From contig OZ024744.1 in the NCBI GenBank assembly GCA_964016885.1, positions 131,998,001 to 132,062,000 of the forward strand: a stretch of DNA of 64,000 bases, in the 5' to 3' direction. The stretch's first letter is position 1; each line of letters begins with the position of its first letter. A program made the position numbers and the translations under genes. Below the pieces are notes generated by a model that saw only the letters and a program-made list of their open reading frames with translations, made no database searches and was not told the origin of the DNA. Origin of the DNA: Eledone cirrhosa (lineage: Eukaryota). Shown in pieces: positions 24,271-38,283 of this stretch.

Positions 24271-25883
24271 AGGTTTGTCGAAAACCTTATATAATCATTT
24301 TTATTTAGGTTCTTCGAAACACCTTATATAATCAATTTTTTTAGGTTTTTCGAAAAACCTTATATAATCAATTTTTTAATACTTTTAGAAATATTTATAT
24401 CTGATTTCAAATATTGATTTTATTAGGTTTTTGGAATAATCAATTTTTTTTACGTTTTTCGAAAAATGTTATATAATCAATTTTTTTTAGGTTTTTCGAA
24501 TCAATTCAATTTTTATAATCAAATATTTTTAGGTTTTTAGAAAAACCTTATATAATCAAATTTTTTTAGGTTTTTCGAAAAACCTTATATAATTAATTTT
24601 TTTATACTTTTAGAAATATTTATATCTGATTTCAAATATTGGATTTTTTAGGTTTTTCGATAATCAATTTTTTTTAGATTTTTCGAAAAATCTTATATAA
24701 TCAATTTTTTTACGTTTTTAGAAAGACCTTATATAATCAATTTTTTTATACTTTTAGAAATATTTATATCTGATTTCAAATATTGATTTTTTTTTTAGGT
24801 TTTTCGAAATACCTTATATAATCAATTTTTTTTAGGTTTTTCAAATTACTTTATATAATCAATTTTTTTTATCTGATTTCAAATATTGATTTTTTTAGCT
24901 TTTTCGACAAAATCTTATATAATCAATTTTTTTTAGGTTTTTCGAAAAAGAATGAATTTGAGTTCATAGTCGAAATATATACTTCTGCATTAATCTTTTT
25001 ACGTTTTTTTGATTTTTTTTAAAAAAACGTAAAAAATTAATGCTTTTACAAATCTTTACAAATCTTTCTAGTTTCAAATTTTGCAGATTAAATTTTTCTC
25101 GAAAAACCTAAAAAATCAGTTGTCGAAATCAGAAGTTAATATTTCGAAAAACGCAATTTGAAAAACTCATATTAATTTTTTTTCGAAAACATTATATAAT
25201 CAATTTTTTAGAAATATTTATATCTGATTTCAAATATTGATTTTTTTAGGTTTTTCGAAAACCCTATATAATCAATTTTTTTGTACTTTTAGAAATATCT
25301 ATATCTGATTTCATGTATTGATTTTTTTATATTTTTCGAAAAAGCTTAGATAATCAATTTTTTTAGGTCTTTCGAAAACATTATATAATCAATTTTTTTT
25401 TAGGTTTTTCGAAAAAACCTTATATAATCAATTTTTTTTAGGTTTTTCAAATATTGATTTTTTTAGCTTTTTCGACAAAATCTTATATAATCAATTTTTT
25501 TTAGGTTTTTCGAAAAAGAATGAATTTGAGTTCATAGTCGAAATATATACTTCTGCATTAATCTTTTTACGTTTTTTTGATTTTTTTTAAAAAAACGTAA
25601 AAAATTAATGCTTTTACAAATCTTTTGAAATATTTACTTTCTAGTTTCAAATTTTGCAGAATAAATTTTTCTCGAAAAACCTAAAAAATCAGTTGTCGAA
25701 ATCAGAAGTTAATATTTCGTAAAACGCAATTTGAAAAACTCATATTAATTTTTTTTCGAAAACTTATTATATAATCAATTTTTTTATACTTTTAGAAATA
25801 TTTATATCTGATTTCAAATATTGATTTTTTTTAGGTTTTTCGAAAACCCTATATAATCAATTTTTTTTAGGTTTTTCAAAAAA
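24271..25883 (+). repeat. AT-rich island A3
   Basis: Essentially identical to A1 and A2. Confidence 0.95.
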
Positions 25884-26418
25884 GTTACGTTGGGGTTAAG
25901 TTAAGTTGGGGTTAAGTTGAGGTTAAGTTAAGTTGTGGTTAAGTTAAGTTGGGGCTAAGTTAAGTTGGGGCTAAGTTAAGTTGGGGTTAAGTTAAGTTGG
26001 GGTTAATTTAAGTTGGGGTTAGGTTAAGTTGGGGATAAGTTAAGTTGGGGATAAGTTAAGTTGGGGTTAAGTTAAGTTGGGTTTAAGTTAAGTTGGGGTT
26101 AAGTTAAGTTGGGGTTAAGTTAAGTTGGGGTTAAGTTAAGTTGCGGTTAGTTAAGTTGAGTTTAAGTTAAGTTGGGGTTAATTTAAGTTGGGGTTAAGTT
26201 AAGTTGGGGTTAAGTTAAGTTGGGGTTAGGTTAAGTTGGGGATAATTTAAGTTGGGGATAAGCTAAGTTGGGGTTAAGTTAAGTTGGGTTTAAGTTAAGT
26301 TGGGGTTAAGTTAAGTTGGGGTTAAATTAAGTTGGGGTTAAGTTAAGCTGGGGTTAAATTAAGTTGGGGTTATGTTAAGTTGGGGTTAAGTTAAGTTGGG
26401 GTTAGTTTAAGTGGGGTT

Positions 26419-26763
26419 AACCCCAACTTAACTTAACCCCAACTTAACTTAACCCCAACTTCACTCAACCCCAACTTAAATTAACCCCAACTTCACTCAA
26501 CCCCAACTTAACTCAACCCCAACTTAAATTAACCCCAACTTAACTTAACCCTGACTTAACTTAACCCCGACTTAACTTAACCCCGACTTAACTTAACCCC
26601 AACTTAACTTAAACCCCAACTTAACTTAACCCCAACTTAACTTAACCCCAACTTGACTTAACCCCAACTTAACTCACACCCAACTTAACTTACCCCCAAC
26701 TTAACTTAACCACAACTTGACGTAAACCCAACTTAACTTAACCCCAACTTAACTTAAGCCCAA
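26419..26763 (-). repeat. Inverted satellite block I9
   Basis: Copy of I7/I8 with a terminal aagccc variant. Confidence 0.95.
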
Positions 26764-27606
26764 AGTCGGAGTTCAGTTAAGTTGGGGTTCAGTTAAGTTA
26801 GGCTTAACTTAAGTTGGGGTTAAGTTAAGTTGGGGGTAAGTTAAGTTGGGGGTAAGTTAAGTTGAGTTAAGTTAAGTTGGGGTTAAGTTGGGGTTAAGTT
26901 AAGTTAGGGTTAAGTTAAGTTGGGGTTGAGTTAAGTTGGGGTTAAGTTAAGTGGTGGTTATGTTAAGTTGGGGTTAAGTTAAGTTGGGGTTAAATTAAGT
27001 GGGGTTAACTTAAGTTGGGTGTAAGTTAAGTTGGGGTTGAGTGAAGTTGGGGTTAAGTTAAGTTGGGGTTAAGTTAAGTTAGGGTTAATTTAAGTTGGGG
27101 TTATGTTAAGTTGGGGTTAAGTTAAGTTGGGGGTAAGTTAAGTTGGGGGTAAGTTAAGTTGGGGTTAAGTTAAGTTGGGGTTAAGTTGGGGTTAAGTTAA
27201 GTTAGGGTTAAGTTAAGTTGGGGTTGAGTTAAGTTGGGGTTAAGTTAAGTGGTGGTTATGTTAAGTTGGGGTTAAGTTAAGTTGGGGTTAAATTAAGTGG
27301 GGTTAACTTAAGTTGGGTGTAAGTTAAGTTGGGGTTGAGTGAAGTTGGGGTTAAGTTAAGTTGGGGTTAAGTTAAGTTAGGGTTAATTTAAGTTGGGTTT
27401 ATGTTAAGTTGGTGTTAAGTTAAGTTGGGGTTAAGTCGAGTTGGGGTTAAGTTAAGTTGGGGTTAGTTAAGTTGAGTTTAAGTTAAGTTGGGGTTAATTT
27501 AAGTTGGGGTTAAGTTAAGTTGGGGTTCAGTTAAGTTGGGGTTAAGTTAAGTTGGGGTTGAGTTAAGTTGTGGTTAAGTTAAGTTGGGGTTAGGTTAAGT
27601 TGGGGT

Positions 27607-27904
27607 AAACCCCAACTTAACTTAACCCCAACTTAACTTAACCCCAACTTTACTCAACCCCAACTTAACTTAACCCCAACTTCACTCAACCCCAACTTAA
27701 CTCAACCCCAACTTAACTTAACCCCAACTTAACTTAACCCTAACTTAACTTAACCCCGACTTAAACTTAACCCCGACTTAAATTAACCCCAACTTAACTT
27801 AACCCCAACTTAACTTAACCCCAACTTAACTTAATCCCAACTTGACTTAACCCCAACTTAACTCACACCCAACTTAACTTACCCCCAACTTAACTTAACC
27901 CCAA
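27607..27904 (-). repeat. Inverted satellite block I10
   Basis: Left junction variant ggggtaaacccc; I5-type variants; agtcggag right junction. Confidence 0.93.
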
Positions 27905-30671
27905 AGTCGGAGTTAAGTTAAGTTGGGGTTAAGTTAAGTTAGGCTTAACTTAAGTTGGGGTTAAGTTAAGTTGGGGGTAAGTTAAGTTGGGGGTAAGTTA
28001 AGTTGGGGTTAAGTTAAGTTGGGGTTAAGATAAGTGGTGGTTATGTTAAGTTGAGGTTAAGTTAAGTTAGGGTTAAATTAAGTTGGGGTTAAGTTAAGTT
28101 GGGTGTAAGTTAAGTTGGGGTTGAGTGAAGTTGGTGTTAAGTTGGGGTTAAGTTAAGTTGGGGTTAAGTTGGGGTTAAGTTAAGTGGTGGTTATGTTAAG
28201 TTGGGGTTAACTTAAGTTGGGGTTAATTTAAATTGGGGTTAAGTTAACTTTGTGGTTAAGTTAAGTTGGGGTTAAGTTAAGTTGGGGTTAAATTAAGTTG
28301 GGGTTGAGTGAAGTTGGGGTTAAATTAAGTTGGGGTTAAGTTAAGTTGGGGTTAACTTAAGTTGGGTTTAAGTTAAGTTGCGGTTAAGTTAAGTTGGGGT
28401 TAAGTTAAGTTGGGGTTAAGTTAAGTCGGGGTTAATTTAAGTTGGGGTTGAGTTAAGTTGGGGTTAATTTAAGTTGAGGTTATGTTAAGTTGGGGTTAAT
28501 TTAAGTTGGGGTTAAGTTAAGTTGGGGTTAAGTTAAGTTGGGGTTAATTTAAGTTGGGATTAATTCAGTTGGGGTTAAATTAAGTTGGGGTTAAGTTAAG
28601 CTGGGGTTAAATTAAGTTGGGGTTAAGTTAAGTTGGGGTTAAGTTAAGTTGGGGTTAAGTTAAGTTAGGGTTAATTTAAGTTGGGGTTATGTTAAGTTGG
28701 GGTTAAGTTAAGTTGGGGTTAAGTCGAGTTGGGGTTAAGTTAAGTTGGGGTTAGTTAAGTTGAGTTTAAGTTAAGTTGGGGTTAATTTAAGTTGGGGTTA
28801 AGTTAAGTTGGGGTTCAGTTAAGTTGGGGTTAAGTTAAGTTGGGGTTAAGTTAAGTTGGTTTAAGTTAAGTTGGGGTTAGGTTAAGTTGGGGATAAGTTA
28901 AGTTGGGGATAAGCTAAGTTGGGGTTAAGTTAAGTTGGGTTTAAGTTAAGTTGGGGTTAAGTTAAGTTAGGCTTAACTTAAGTTGGGGTTAAGTTAAGTT
29001 GGGGGTAAACTAAGTTGGGGGTAAGTTAAGTTGGGGTTAAGTTAAGTTGGGGTTAAGTTAAGTGGTGGTTATGTTAAGTTGGGGTTAAGTTAAGTTGGGG
29101 TTAAATTAAGTTGGGGTTAAGTTAAGTTGGGTGTAAGTTAAGTTGGGGTTGAGTGAAGTTGGGGTTAAGTTAAGTTGGGGTTAAGTTAAGTTAGGGTTAA
29201 TTTAAGTTGGGGTTATGTTAAGTTGGGGTTAAGTTAAGTTGGGGTTAAGTAGAGTTGGGGTTAAGTTAAGTTGGGGTTAAGTTAAGTTGGTGTTAAGTTG
29301 GGGTTAAGTTAAGTTGGGGTTAAGTTAAGTCGGGGTTAAGTTAAGTTGGGGTTGAGTTAAGTTGGGGTTAATTTAAGTTGAGGTTATGTTAAGTTGGGGT
29401 TAATTTAAGTTGGGGTTAATTTAAGTTGGGGTTAAGTTAAGTTGGGGTTAAGTTGAGGTTAAGTTAAGTTGTGGTTAAGTTAAGTTGGGGCTAAGTTAAG
29501 TTGGGGCTAAGTTAAGTTGGGGCTAAGTTAAGTTGGGGTTAAGTTAAGTTGGGGTTAAGTTAAGTTGGGTTTAATTTAAGTTGGGGTCAACTTAAGTTGG
29601 GGTTAAGTTGAGTTGGGGTTAAATTAAGTTGGGGTTAATTTAAGTTGGGGCTAAGTTAAGTTGGGGCTGAGTTAAGTTGGGGTTAAGTTAAGTTGGGGTT
29701 AAGTTAAGTTGGGGTTAAGTTAATTTTGGGTTAAGTTAAGTTGTGGTTCAGTTAAGTTGGGGTTAAGTTAAGTTTGGGTTAATTTGGGGTTAAATTAAGT
29801 TGGGGTTTAGTTAAGTTGGGGTTAAGTTAAGTTGGGGTTAAGTTAAGTTGGGGTTAATTTAAGTTGGGGTTAAGTTAAGTCGGGGTTAAGTTAAGTCGGT
29901 GTTAAGTTAAGTTAGGGTTAAGTTAAGTTGGGGTTAAGTTAAGTTGGCTTTAAGTTAAGCTGGGGTTAAGTTAAGTTGGGGTTAAATTAAGTTGGGGTTA
30001 AGTTAAGTTGGGGTTAGGTTAAGTTTGGGTTAGGTTAAGTTGGGGTTAAATTAAGTTGGGGTTAATTTAAGTTGGGGTTAAGTTAAGTTGGGGTTAGGTT
30101 AAGTTGGGGATAAGTTAAGTTGGGGATAATTTAAGTTGGGGTTAAGTTAAGTTGGGTTTAAGTTAAACTGAGGTTAAGTTAAGTTGGGGTTAAATTAAGT
30201 TGGGGTTAAGTTAAGTTGGGGTTAAGTTAAGTTTGGGTTAGGTTAAGTTGGGGATTAGTTAAGTTGGGGATAAGTTAAGTTGGGGTTAAGTTAAGTTGGG
30301 TTTAAGTTAAGTTGTGGTTAAGTTAAGTTGGGGTTAAGTTAAGTTGGGGGTTAAGTTAAGTTGGGGTTAGTTAAGTTTAGTTTAAGTTAAGTTGGGGTTA
30401 ATTTAAGTTGGGGTTAAGTTAAGTTGGGGTTCAGTTAAGTTGGGGATAAGTCAAGTTGGGGTTAAGTTAAGTTGGGGTTAAGTTAAGTTGGGGTTAGGTT
30501 AAGTTGGGGATAAGTTAAGTTGGGGATAAGCTAAGTTGGGGTTAAGTTAAGTTGGGTTTAAGTTAAGTTGGGGTTAAGTTAAGTTGGGGTTAAATTAAGT
30601 TGGAGATAAGTTAAGCTGGGGTTAAATTAAGTTGGGGTTAAGTTAAGTTGGGGTTAGGTTAAGTTGGGGTT

Positions 30672-30967
30672 AACCCCAACTTAACTTAACCCCAACTTAA
30701 CTTAGCCCCAACTTCACTCAACCCCAACTTAACTTAACCCCAACTTCACTCAACCCCAACTTAACTCAACCCCAACTTAAGTTAACCCCAACTTAACTTA
30801 ACCCTAACTTAACTTAACCCCGACTTAACTTAACCCCGACTTAACTTAACCCCAACTTAACTTAACCCCAACTTAACTTAACCCCAACTTAAATTAATCC
30901 CAACTTGACTTAACCCCAACTTAACTCACACCCAACTTCACTTACCCCCAACTTAACTTAACCCCAA
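30672..30967 (-). repeat. Inverted satellite block I11
   Basis: I6-type, aatcggagttacg right junction. Confidence 0.95.
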
Positions 30968-32884
30968 AATCGGAGTTACGTTAAGTTGGGGTTAAGTTAA
31001 GTTAGGCTTAACTTAAGTTGGGCTTAATTTAAGTTGGGGGTAAGTTAAGTTGGGGGTAAGTTAAGTTGGGGTTAATTTAAGTTGGGGTTAAGTTAAGTGG
31101 TGGTTATGTTAAGTTGGGGTTAATTTAAGTTGGGGTTAAATTAAGTTGGGGTTAAGTTAAGTTGGGGTTAAGTAGAGTTGGGGTTAAGTTAAGTTGGGGT
31201 TAAGTTAAGTTGGTGTTAAGTTGGGGTTAAGTTAAGTTGGGGTTAAGTTGGGGTTAAGTTAAGTGGTGGTTATGTTAAGTTGGGGTTAACTTAAGTTGGG
31301 GTTAATTTAAATTGGGGTTAAGTTAACTTTGTGGTTAAGTTAAGTTGGGGTTAAGTTAAGTTGGGGTTAAGTTAAGTTGGGGTTGAGGGAAGTTGGGGTT
31401 AAGTTAAGTTGGGGTTAACTTAAGTTGGGTTTAAGTTAAGTTGCGGTTAAGTTAAGTTGGGGTTAAGTTAAGTTGGGGTTAAGTTAAGTCGGGGTTAAGT
31501 TAAGTTGGGGTTGAGTTAAGTTGGGGTTAATTTAAGTTGAGGTTATGTTAAGTTGGGGTTAATTTAAGTTGGGGTTAAGTTAAGTTGGGGTTAAGTTAAG
31601 TTGGGGTTAATTTAAGTTGGGGTTAAGTTCAGTTGGGGTTAATTTAAGTTGGGGTTAAGTTAAGTTGGGTTTAAGTTAAGTTGGGGTTAAATTAAGTTAG
31701 GGTTAAATTAAGTTGGGGTTAAGTTAAGTTGGGGTTAGGTTTAGTTGGGGATAAGTTAAGTTGGGGATAAGCTAAGTTGGGGTTAAGTTAAGTTGGGTTT
31801 AAGTTAAGTTGGGGTTAAGTTAAGTCGGGGTTATGTTAAGTCGGTGTTAAGTTAAGTTAGGGTTAAGTTAAGTTGGGGTTAAGTTAAGTTGGGGTTGAGT
31901 TAAGTTGGGGTTGAGTTAAATTGGGGTTGAGTTAAGTTGGGGTTAAGTTAAGTTGGGGTTAAGTTAAGTTGGGGTTAAGTTAAGTTGGGGTTGAGTTAAG
32001 TTGGGGTTACTTCAAGTTGGGGCTAAGTTAAGTTGGGGCTGAGTTAAGTTGGGTGTACGTTAAGTTGGGGTTGACTGAAGTTGGGGTTAAGTTAAGTTGG
32101 GGTTAAGTTAAGTTAGGGTTAATTTAAGTTGGGGTTATGTTAAGTTGGGGTTAAGTTAAGTTGGGGTTAAGTAGAGTTGGGGTTAATTTAAGTTGGGGTT
32201 AAGATAAGTTGGTGTTAAGTTGGGGTTAATTTAAGTGGTGGTTATGTTAAGTTGGGGTTAAGTTAAGTTGGGGTTAATTTAAATTGGGGTTAAGTTAACT
32301 TTGTGGTTAAGTTAAGTTGGAGTTAAGTTAAGTTGGAGTTAAGTTAAGTTGGGGTTGAGTGAAGTTGGGGTTAAGTTAAGTTGGGGTTAACTTAAGTTGG
32401 GTTTGAGTTAAGTTGCGGTTAAGTTAAGTTGGGGTTAAGTTAAGTTGGGGTTAAGTTAAGTCGGGGTTAATTTAAGTTGGGGTTAAGTTAAGTTGGGGTT
32501 AATTTAAGTTGGGGTTAAGTTAAGTTTAGGTTAAGTTAAGTTGGGGTTAAATTAAGTTGGGGTTAAGTTAAGTTGGGGTTAAGTTAAGTTGGGGTTAGGT
32601 TAAGTTGGGGATAAGTTAAGTTGGGGATAAGTTAAGTTGGGGTTAAGTTAAGTTGGGTTTAAGTTAAGTTGGGGTTAAGTTAAGTTGGGGTTTAATTAAG
32701 TTGGGGTTGAGTTAAGTTGGGGTTGACTTAAGTTGGGCTTAAGTTAAGTTGGGGTTAAGTTAAGATGTGGTTAAGTTAAGTTGGGGTTAAGTTAAGTTGG
32801 GGTTAAATTAAGTTGGAGATAAGTTAAGCTGGGGTTAAATTAAGTTGGGGTTAAGTTAAGTTGGGGTTAGGTTAAGTTGGGGTT

Positions 32885-33148
32885 AACCCCAACTTAACTT
32901 AACCCCAACTTAACTTAGCCCCAACTTCACTCAACCCCAACTTAACTCAACCCCAACTTAAGTTAACCCCAACTTAACTTAACCCTAACTTAACTTAACC
33001 CCGACTTAACTTAACCCCGACTTAACTTAACCCCAACTTAACTTAACCCCAACTTAACTTAACCCCAACTTAACTTAATCCCAACTTGACTTAACCCCAA
33101 CTTAACTCACACCCAACTTAACTTACCCCCAACTTAACTTAACCCCAA
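32885..33148 (-). repeat. Inverted satellite block I12
   Basis: I6-type, aatcggagttacg right junction. Confidence 0.95.
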
Positions 33149-35599
33149 AATCGGAGTTACGTTAAGTTGGGGTTAAGTTAAGTTAGGCTTAACTTAAGTT
33201 GGGGTTAAGTTAAGTTGGGGGTAAGTTAAGTTGGGGGTAAGTTAAGTTGGGGTTAATTTAAGTTGGGGTTAAGTTAAGTGGTGATTATGTTAAGTTGGGG
33301 TTAATTTAAGTTGGGGTTAAATTAAGTTGGGGTTAAGTTAAGTTGGGGTTAAGTAGAGTTGGGGTTAAGTTAAGTTGGGGTTAAGTTAAGTTGGTGTTAA
33401 GTTGGGGTTAAGTTAAGTTGGGGTTAAGTTGGGGTTAAGTTAAGTGGTGGTTATGTTAAGTTGGGGTTAACTTAAGTTGGGGTTAATTTAAATTGGGGTT
33501 AAGTTAACTTTGTGGTTAAGTTAAGTTGGGGTTAAGTTAAGTTGGGGTTAAGTTAATTTGGGGTTGAGGGAAGTTGGGGTTAAGTTAAGTTGGGGTTAAC
33601 TTAAGTTGGGTTTAAGTTAAGTTGCGGTTAAGTTAAGTTGGGGTTAAGTTAAGTTGGGGTTAAGTTAAGTCGGGGTTAAGTTAAGTTGGGGTTGAGTTAA
33701 GTTGGGGTTAATTTAAGTTGAGGTTATGTTAAGTTGGGGTTAATTTAAGTTGGGGTTAAGTTAAGTTGGGGTTAAGTTAAGTTGGGGTTAATTTAAGTTG
33801 GGGTTAAGTTCAGTTGGGGTTAATTTAAGTTGGGGTTAAGTTAAGTTGGGTTTAAGTTAAGTTGGGGTTAAATTAAGTTGGGGTTAAATTAAGTTGGGGT
33901 TAAGTTAAGTTGGGGTTAGGTTAAGTTGGGGATAAGTTAAGTTGGGGATAAGCTAAGTTGGGGTTAAGTTAAGTTGGGTTTAAGTTAAGTTGGGGTTAAG
34001 TTAAGTCGGGGTTATGTTAAGTCGGTGTTAAGTTAAGTTAGGGTTAAGTTAAGTTGGGGTTAAGTTAAGTTGGGGTTGAGTTAAGTTGGGGTTGAGTTAA
34101 ATTGGGGTTGAGTTAAGTTGGGGTTAAGTTAAGTTGGGGTTAAGTTAAGTTGGGGTTAAGTTAAGTTGGGGTTGAGTTAAGTTGGGGTTACTTCAAGTTG
34201 GGGCTAAGTTAAGTTGGGGCTGAGTTAAGTTGGGTGTACGTTAAGTTGGGGTTGACTGAAGTTGGGGTTAAGTTAAGTTGGGGTTAAGTTAAGTTAGGGT
34301 TAATTTAAGTTGGGGTTATGTTAAGTTGGGGTTAAGTTAAGTTGGGGTTAAGTAGAGTTGGGGTTAATTTAAGTTGGGGTTAAGTTAAGTTGGTGTTAAG
34401 TTGGGGTTAATTTAAGTGGTGGTTATGTTAAGTTGGGGTTAAGTTAAGTTGGGGTTAATTTAAATTGGGGTTAAGTTAAATTTGTGGTTAAGTTAAGTTG
34501 GAGTTAAGTTAAGTTGGAGTTAAGTTAAGTTGGGGTTGAGTGAAGTTGGGGTTAAGTTAAGTTGGGGTTAACTTAAGTTGGGTTTGAGTTAAGTTGCGGT
34601 TAAGTTAAGTTGGGGTTAAGTTAAGTTGGGGTTAAGTTAAGTCGGGGTTAATTTAAGTTGGGGTTAAGTTAAGTTGGGGTTAATTTAAGTTGGGGTTAAG
34701 TTAAGTTTAGGTTAAGTTAAGTTGGGGTTAAATTAAGTTGGGGTTAAGTTAAGTTGGGGTTAAGTTAAGTTGGGGTTAGGTTAAGTTGGGGATAAGTTAA
34801 GTTGGGGATAAGTTAAGTTGGGGTTAAGTTAAGTTGGGTTTAAGTTAAGTTGGGGTTAAGTTAAGTTGGGGTTTAATTAAGTTGGGGTTGAGTTAAGTTG
34901 GGGTTGGCTTAAGTTGGGCTTAAGTTAAGTTGGGGTTAAGTTAAGATGTGGTTAAGTTAAGTTGGGGTTAAGTTAAGTTGGGGTTAAATTAAGTTGGGGT
35001 TAAGTTAAGTTGGGGGTAAGGTAAGTTGGTGGTAAGTTAAGTTGGGGGTAAGTTAAGATGGGGCTAAGTTAAGTTGGGGTTAAGTTAATTTGGGGTTAAG
35101 TTAAGTTAGGGTTAAGTTAAGTTGGGGTTGACTTAAGTTGGGGTTAAGTTAAGTTGGGGTTATGTTAAGTTGGGTTTAAGTTAAGTTGGGGTTAAGTTAA
35201 GTTGGGGTTAAGTTAAGTTGCGGTTAAGTTAAGTTGGGGTTAAGTTAAGTTGGGGTTAATTTAAGTTGGGGTTAAATTAAGTTGGGGTTAATTTAAGTTG
35301 GGGGTTAAGATAAGTTGGGGTTAAGTTAAGTTGGGGTTAAATTAAGTTGGGGTTAAGTTAAGTTGGGGTTAATTTAAGTTGGGGTTAAGTTAAGTTGGGG
35401 TTGAGTTAAGTTGGGGGTAAGTTAAGTTGGGGGTAAGTTAAGTTGGGTGTAAGTTAAGATGGGGTTAAGTTAAGTTGGGGTTAAGTTATTTTGGGGTTAA
35501 GTTAAGTTGGGGGTAAGTTAAGTTGGGGTTAATTTAAGTTGGGGTTCAGTTAAATTGAGGTTAAGATAACTTGGGTTTGCGTTAAGATGGGGTTAAGTT

Positions 35600-37790
35600 A
35601 GGTTTGTCGAAAACCTTATATAATCATTTTTATTTAGGTTCTTCGAAACACCTTATATAATCAATTTTTTTAGGTTTTTCGAAAAACCTTATATAATCAA
35701 TTTTTTAATACTTTTAGAAATATTTATATCTGATTTCAAATATTGATTTTATTAGGTTTTTGGAATAATCAATTTTTTTTACGTTTTTCGAAAAATGTTA
35801 TATAATCAATTTTTTTTAGGTTTTTCGAATCAATTCAATTTTTATAATCAAATATTTTTAGGTTTTTAGAAAAACCTTATATAATCAAATTTTTTTAGGT
35901 TTTTCGAAAAACCTTATATAATTAATTTTTTTATACTTTTAGAAATATTTATATCTGATTTCAAATATTGGATTTTTTAGGTTTTTCGATAATCAATTTT
36001 TTTTAGATTTTTCGAAAAATCTTATATAATCAATTTTTTTACGTTTTTAGATAGACCTTATATAATCAATTTTTTTATACTTTTAGAAATATTTATATCT
36101 GATTTCAAATATTGATTTTTTTTTTTAGGTTTTTCGAAATACCTTATATAATCAATTTTTTTTAGGTTTTTCAAATTACTTTATATAATCAATTTTTTTT
36201 ATCTGATTTCAAATATTGATTTTTTTAGCTTTTTCGACAAAATCTTATATAATCAATTTTTTTTAGGTTTTTCGAAAAAGAATGAATTTGAGTTCATAGT
36301 CGAAATATATACTTCTGCATTAATCTTTTTACGTTTTTTTGATTTTTTTTAAAAAAACGTAAAAAATTAATGCTTTTACAAATCTTTTGAAATATTTACT
36401 TTCTAGTTTCAAATTTTGCAGATTAAATTTTTCTCGAAAAACCTAAAAAATCAGTTGTCGAAATCAGAAGTTAATATTTCGAAAAACGCAATTTGAAAAA
36501 CTCATATTAATTTTTTTTCGAAAACATTATATAATCAATTTTTTAGAAATATTTATATCTGATTTCAAATATTGATTTTTTTAGGTTTTTCGAAAACCCT
36601 ATATAATCAATTTTTTTGTACTTTTAGAAATATCTATATCTGATTTCATGTATTGATTTTTTTATATTTTTCGAAAAAGCTTAGATAATCAATTTTTTTA
36701 GGTCTTTCGAAAACATTATATAATCAATTTTTTTTTAGGTTTTTCGAAAAAACCTTATATAATCAATTTTTTTTAGGTTTTTCAAATATTGATTTTTTTA
36801 GCTTTTTCGACAAAATCTTATATAATCAATTTTTTTTAGGTTTTTCGAAAAAGAATGAATTTGAGTTCATAGTCGAAATATATACTTCTGCATTAATCTT
36901 TTTACGTTTTTTTGATTTTTTTTAAAAAAACGTAAAAAATTAATGCTTTTACAAATCTTTTGAAATATTTACTTTCTAGTTTCAAATTTTGCAGATTAAA
37001 TTTTTCTCGAAAAACCTAAAAAATCAGTTGTCGAAATCAGAAGTTAATATTTCGAAAAACGCAATTTGAAAAACTCATATTAATTTTTTTTCGAAAACAT
37101 TATATAATCAATTTTTTAGAAATATTTATATCTGATTTCAAATATTGATTTTTTTAGGTTTTTCGAAAACCCTATATAATCAATTTTTTTGTACTTTTAG
37201 AAATATCTATATCTGATTTCATGTATTGATTTTTTTATATTTTTCGAAAAAGCTTAGATAATCAATTTTTTTAGGTCTTTCGAAAACATTATATAATCAA
37301 TTTTTTTTTAGGTTTTTCGAAAAAACCTTATATAATCAATTTTTTTTAGGTTTTTCAAATATTGATTTTTTTAGCTTTTTCGACAGAATCTTATATAATC
37401 AATTTTTTTTAGGTTTTTCGAAAAAGAATGAATTTGAGTTCATAGTCGAAATATATACTTCTGCATTAATCTTTTTACGTTTTTTTGATTTTTTTTAAAA
37501 AAACGTAAAAAATTAATGCTTTTACAAATCTTTTGAAATATTTACTTTCTAGTTTCAAATTTTGCAGATTAAATTTTTCTCGAAAAACCTAAAAAATCAG
37601 TTGTCGAAATCAGAAGTTAATATTTCGTAAAACTCAATTTGAAAAACTCATATTAATTTTTTTTCGAAAACTTATTATATAATCAATTTTTTTATACTTT
37701 TAGAAATATTTATATCTGATTTCAAATATTGATTTTTTTAGGTTTTTCGAAAACCCTATATAATCAATTTTTTTTAGGTTTTTCAAAAAA
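35600..37790 (+). repeat. AT-rich island A4 (three copies of the 573-bp module core)
   Basis: gaatgaatttgagttcatagtcg marker at 36280, 36853, 37426. Confidence 0.95.
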
Positions 37791-38283
37791 GTTACGTTGG
37801 GGTTAAGTTAAGTTGGGGTTAAGTTGAGGTTAAGTTAAGTTGTGGTTAAGTTAAGTTCAGGCTAAGTTAAGTTGGGGCTAAGTTAAGTTGGGGTTAAGTT
37901 AAGTTGGGGTTAATTTAAGTTGGGGTTAGGTTAAGTTGGGGATAAGCTAAGTTGGGGATAAGTTAAGTTGGGGTTAAGTTAAGTTGGGTTTAAGTTAAGC
38001 TGGGGTTAAGTTAAGTTGGGGTTAAATTAAGTTGGGGTTAAGTTAAGTTTGGGTTAGGTTAAGTTGGGGATAAGTTAAGTTGGGGATAAGTTAAGTTGGG
38101 GTTAAGTTAAGTTGGGTTTAAGTTAAGTTGGGGTTAAGTTAAGTTGGGGTTAAGTTAAGTTGGGGTTAAGTTAAGTTGCGGTTAGTTAAGTTGAGTTTAA
38201 GTTAAGTTGGGGTTAATTTAAGTTGGGGTTCAGTTAAATTGAGGTTAAGATAACTTGGGTTTGCGTTAAGATGGGGTTAAGTT

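Larger units (their letters stand above)
11703..27350 (+). repeat. Higher-order repeat, about 3 tandem copies of a 5222-bp unit (satellite + AT island + inverted block)
   Basis: Island starts at 13827, 19049, 24271 and ends at 15439, 20661, 25883 are each 5222 bp apart; rare monomer variants recur in the same order. Confidence 0.9.
30600..34995 (+). repeat. Tandem duplication of about 2.2 kb containing I11 and I12
   Basis: tggagataag marker at ~30601 and ~32814; inversion starts 30672 and 32885 (2213 bp apart). Confidence 0.85.
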
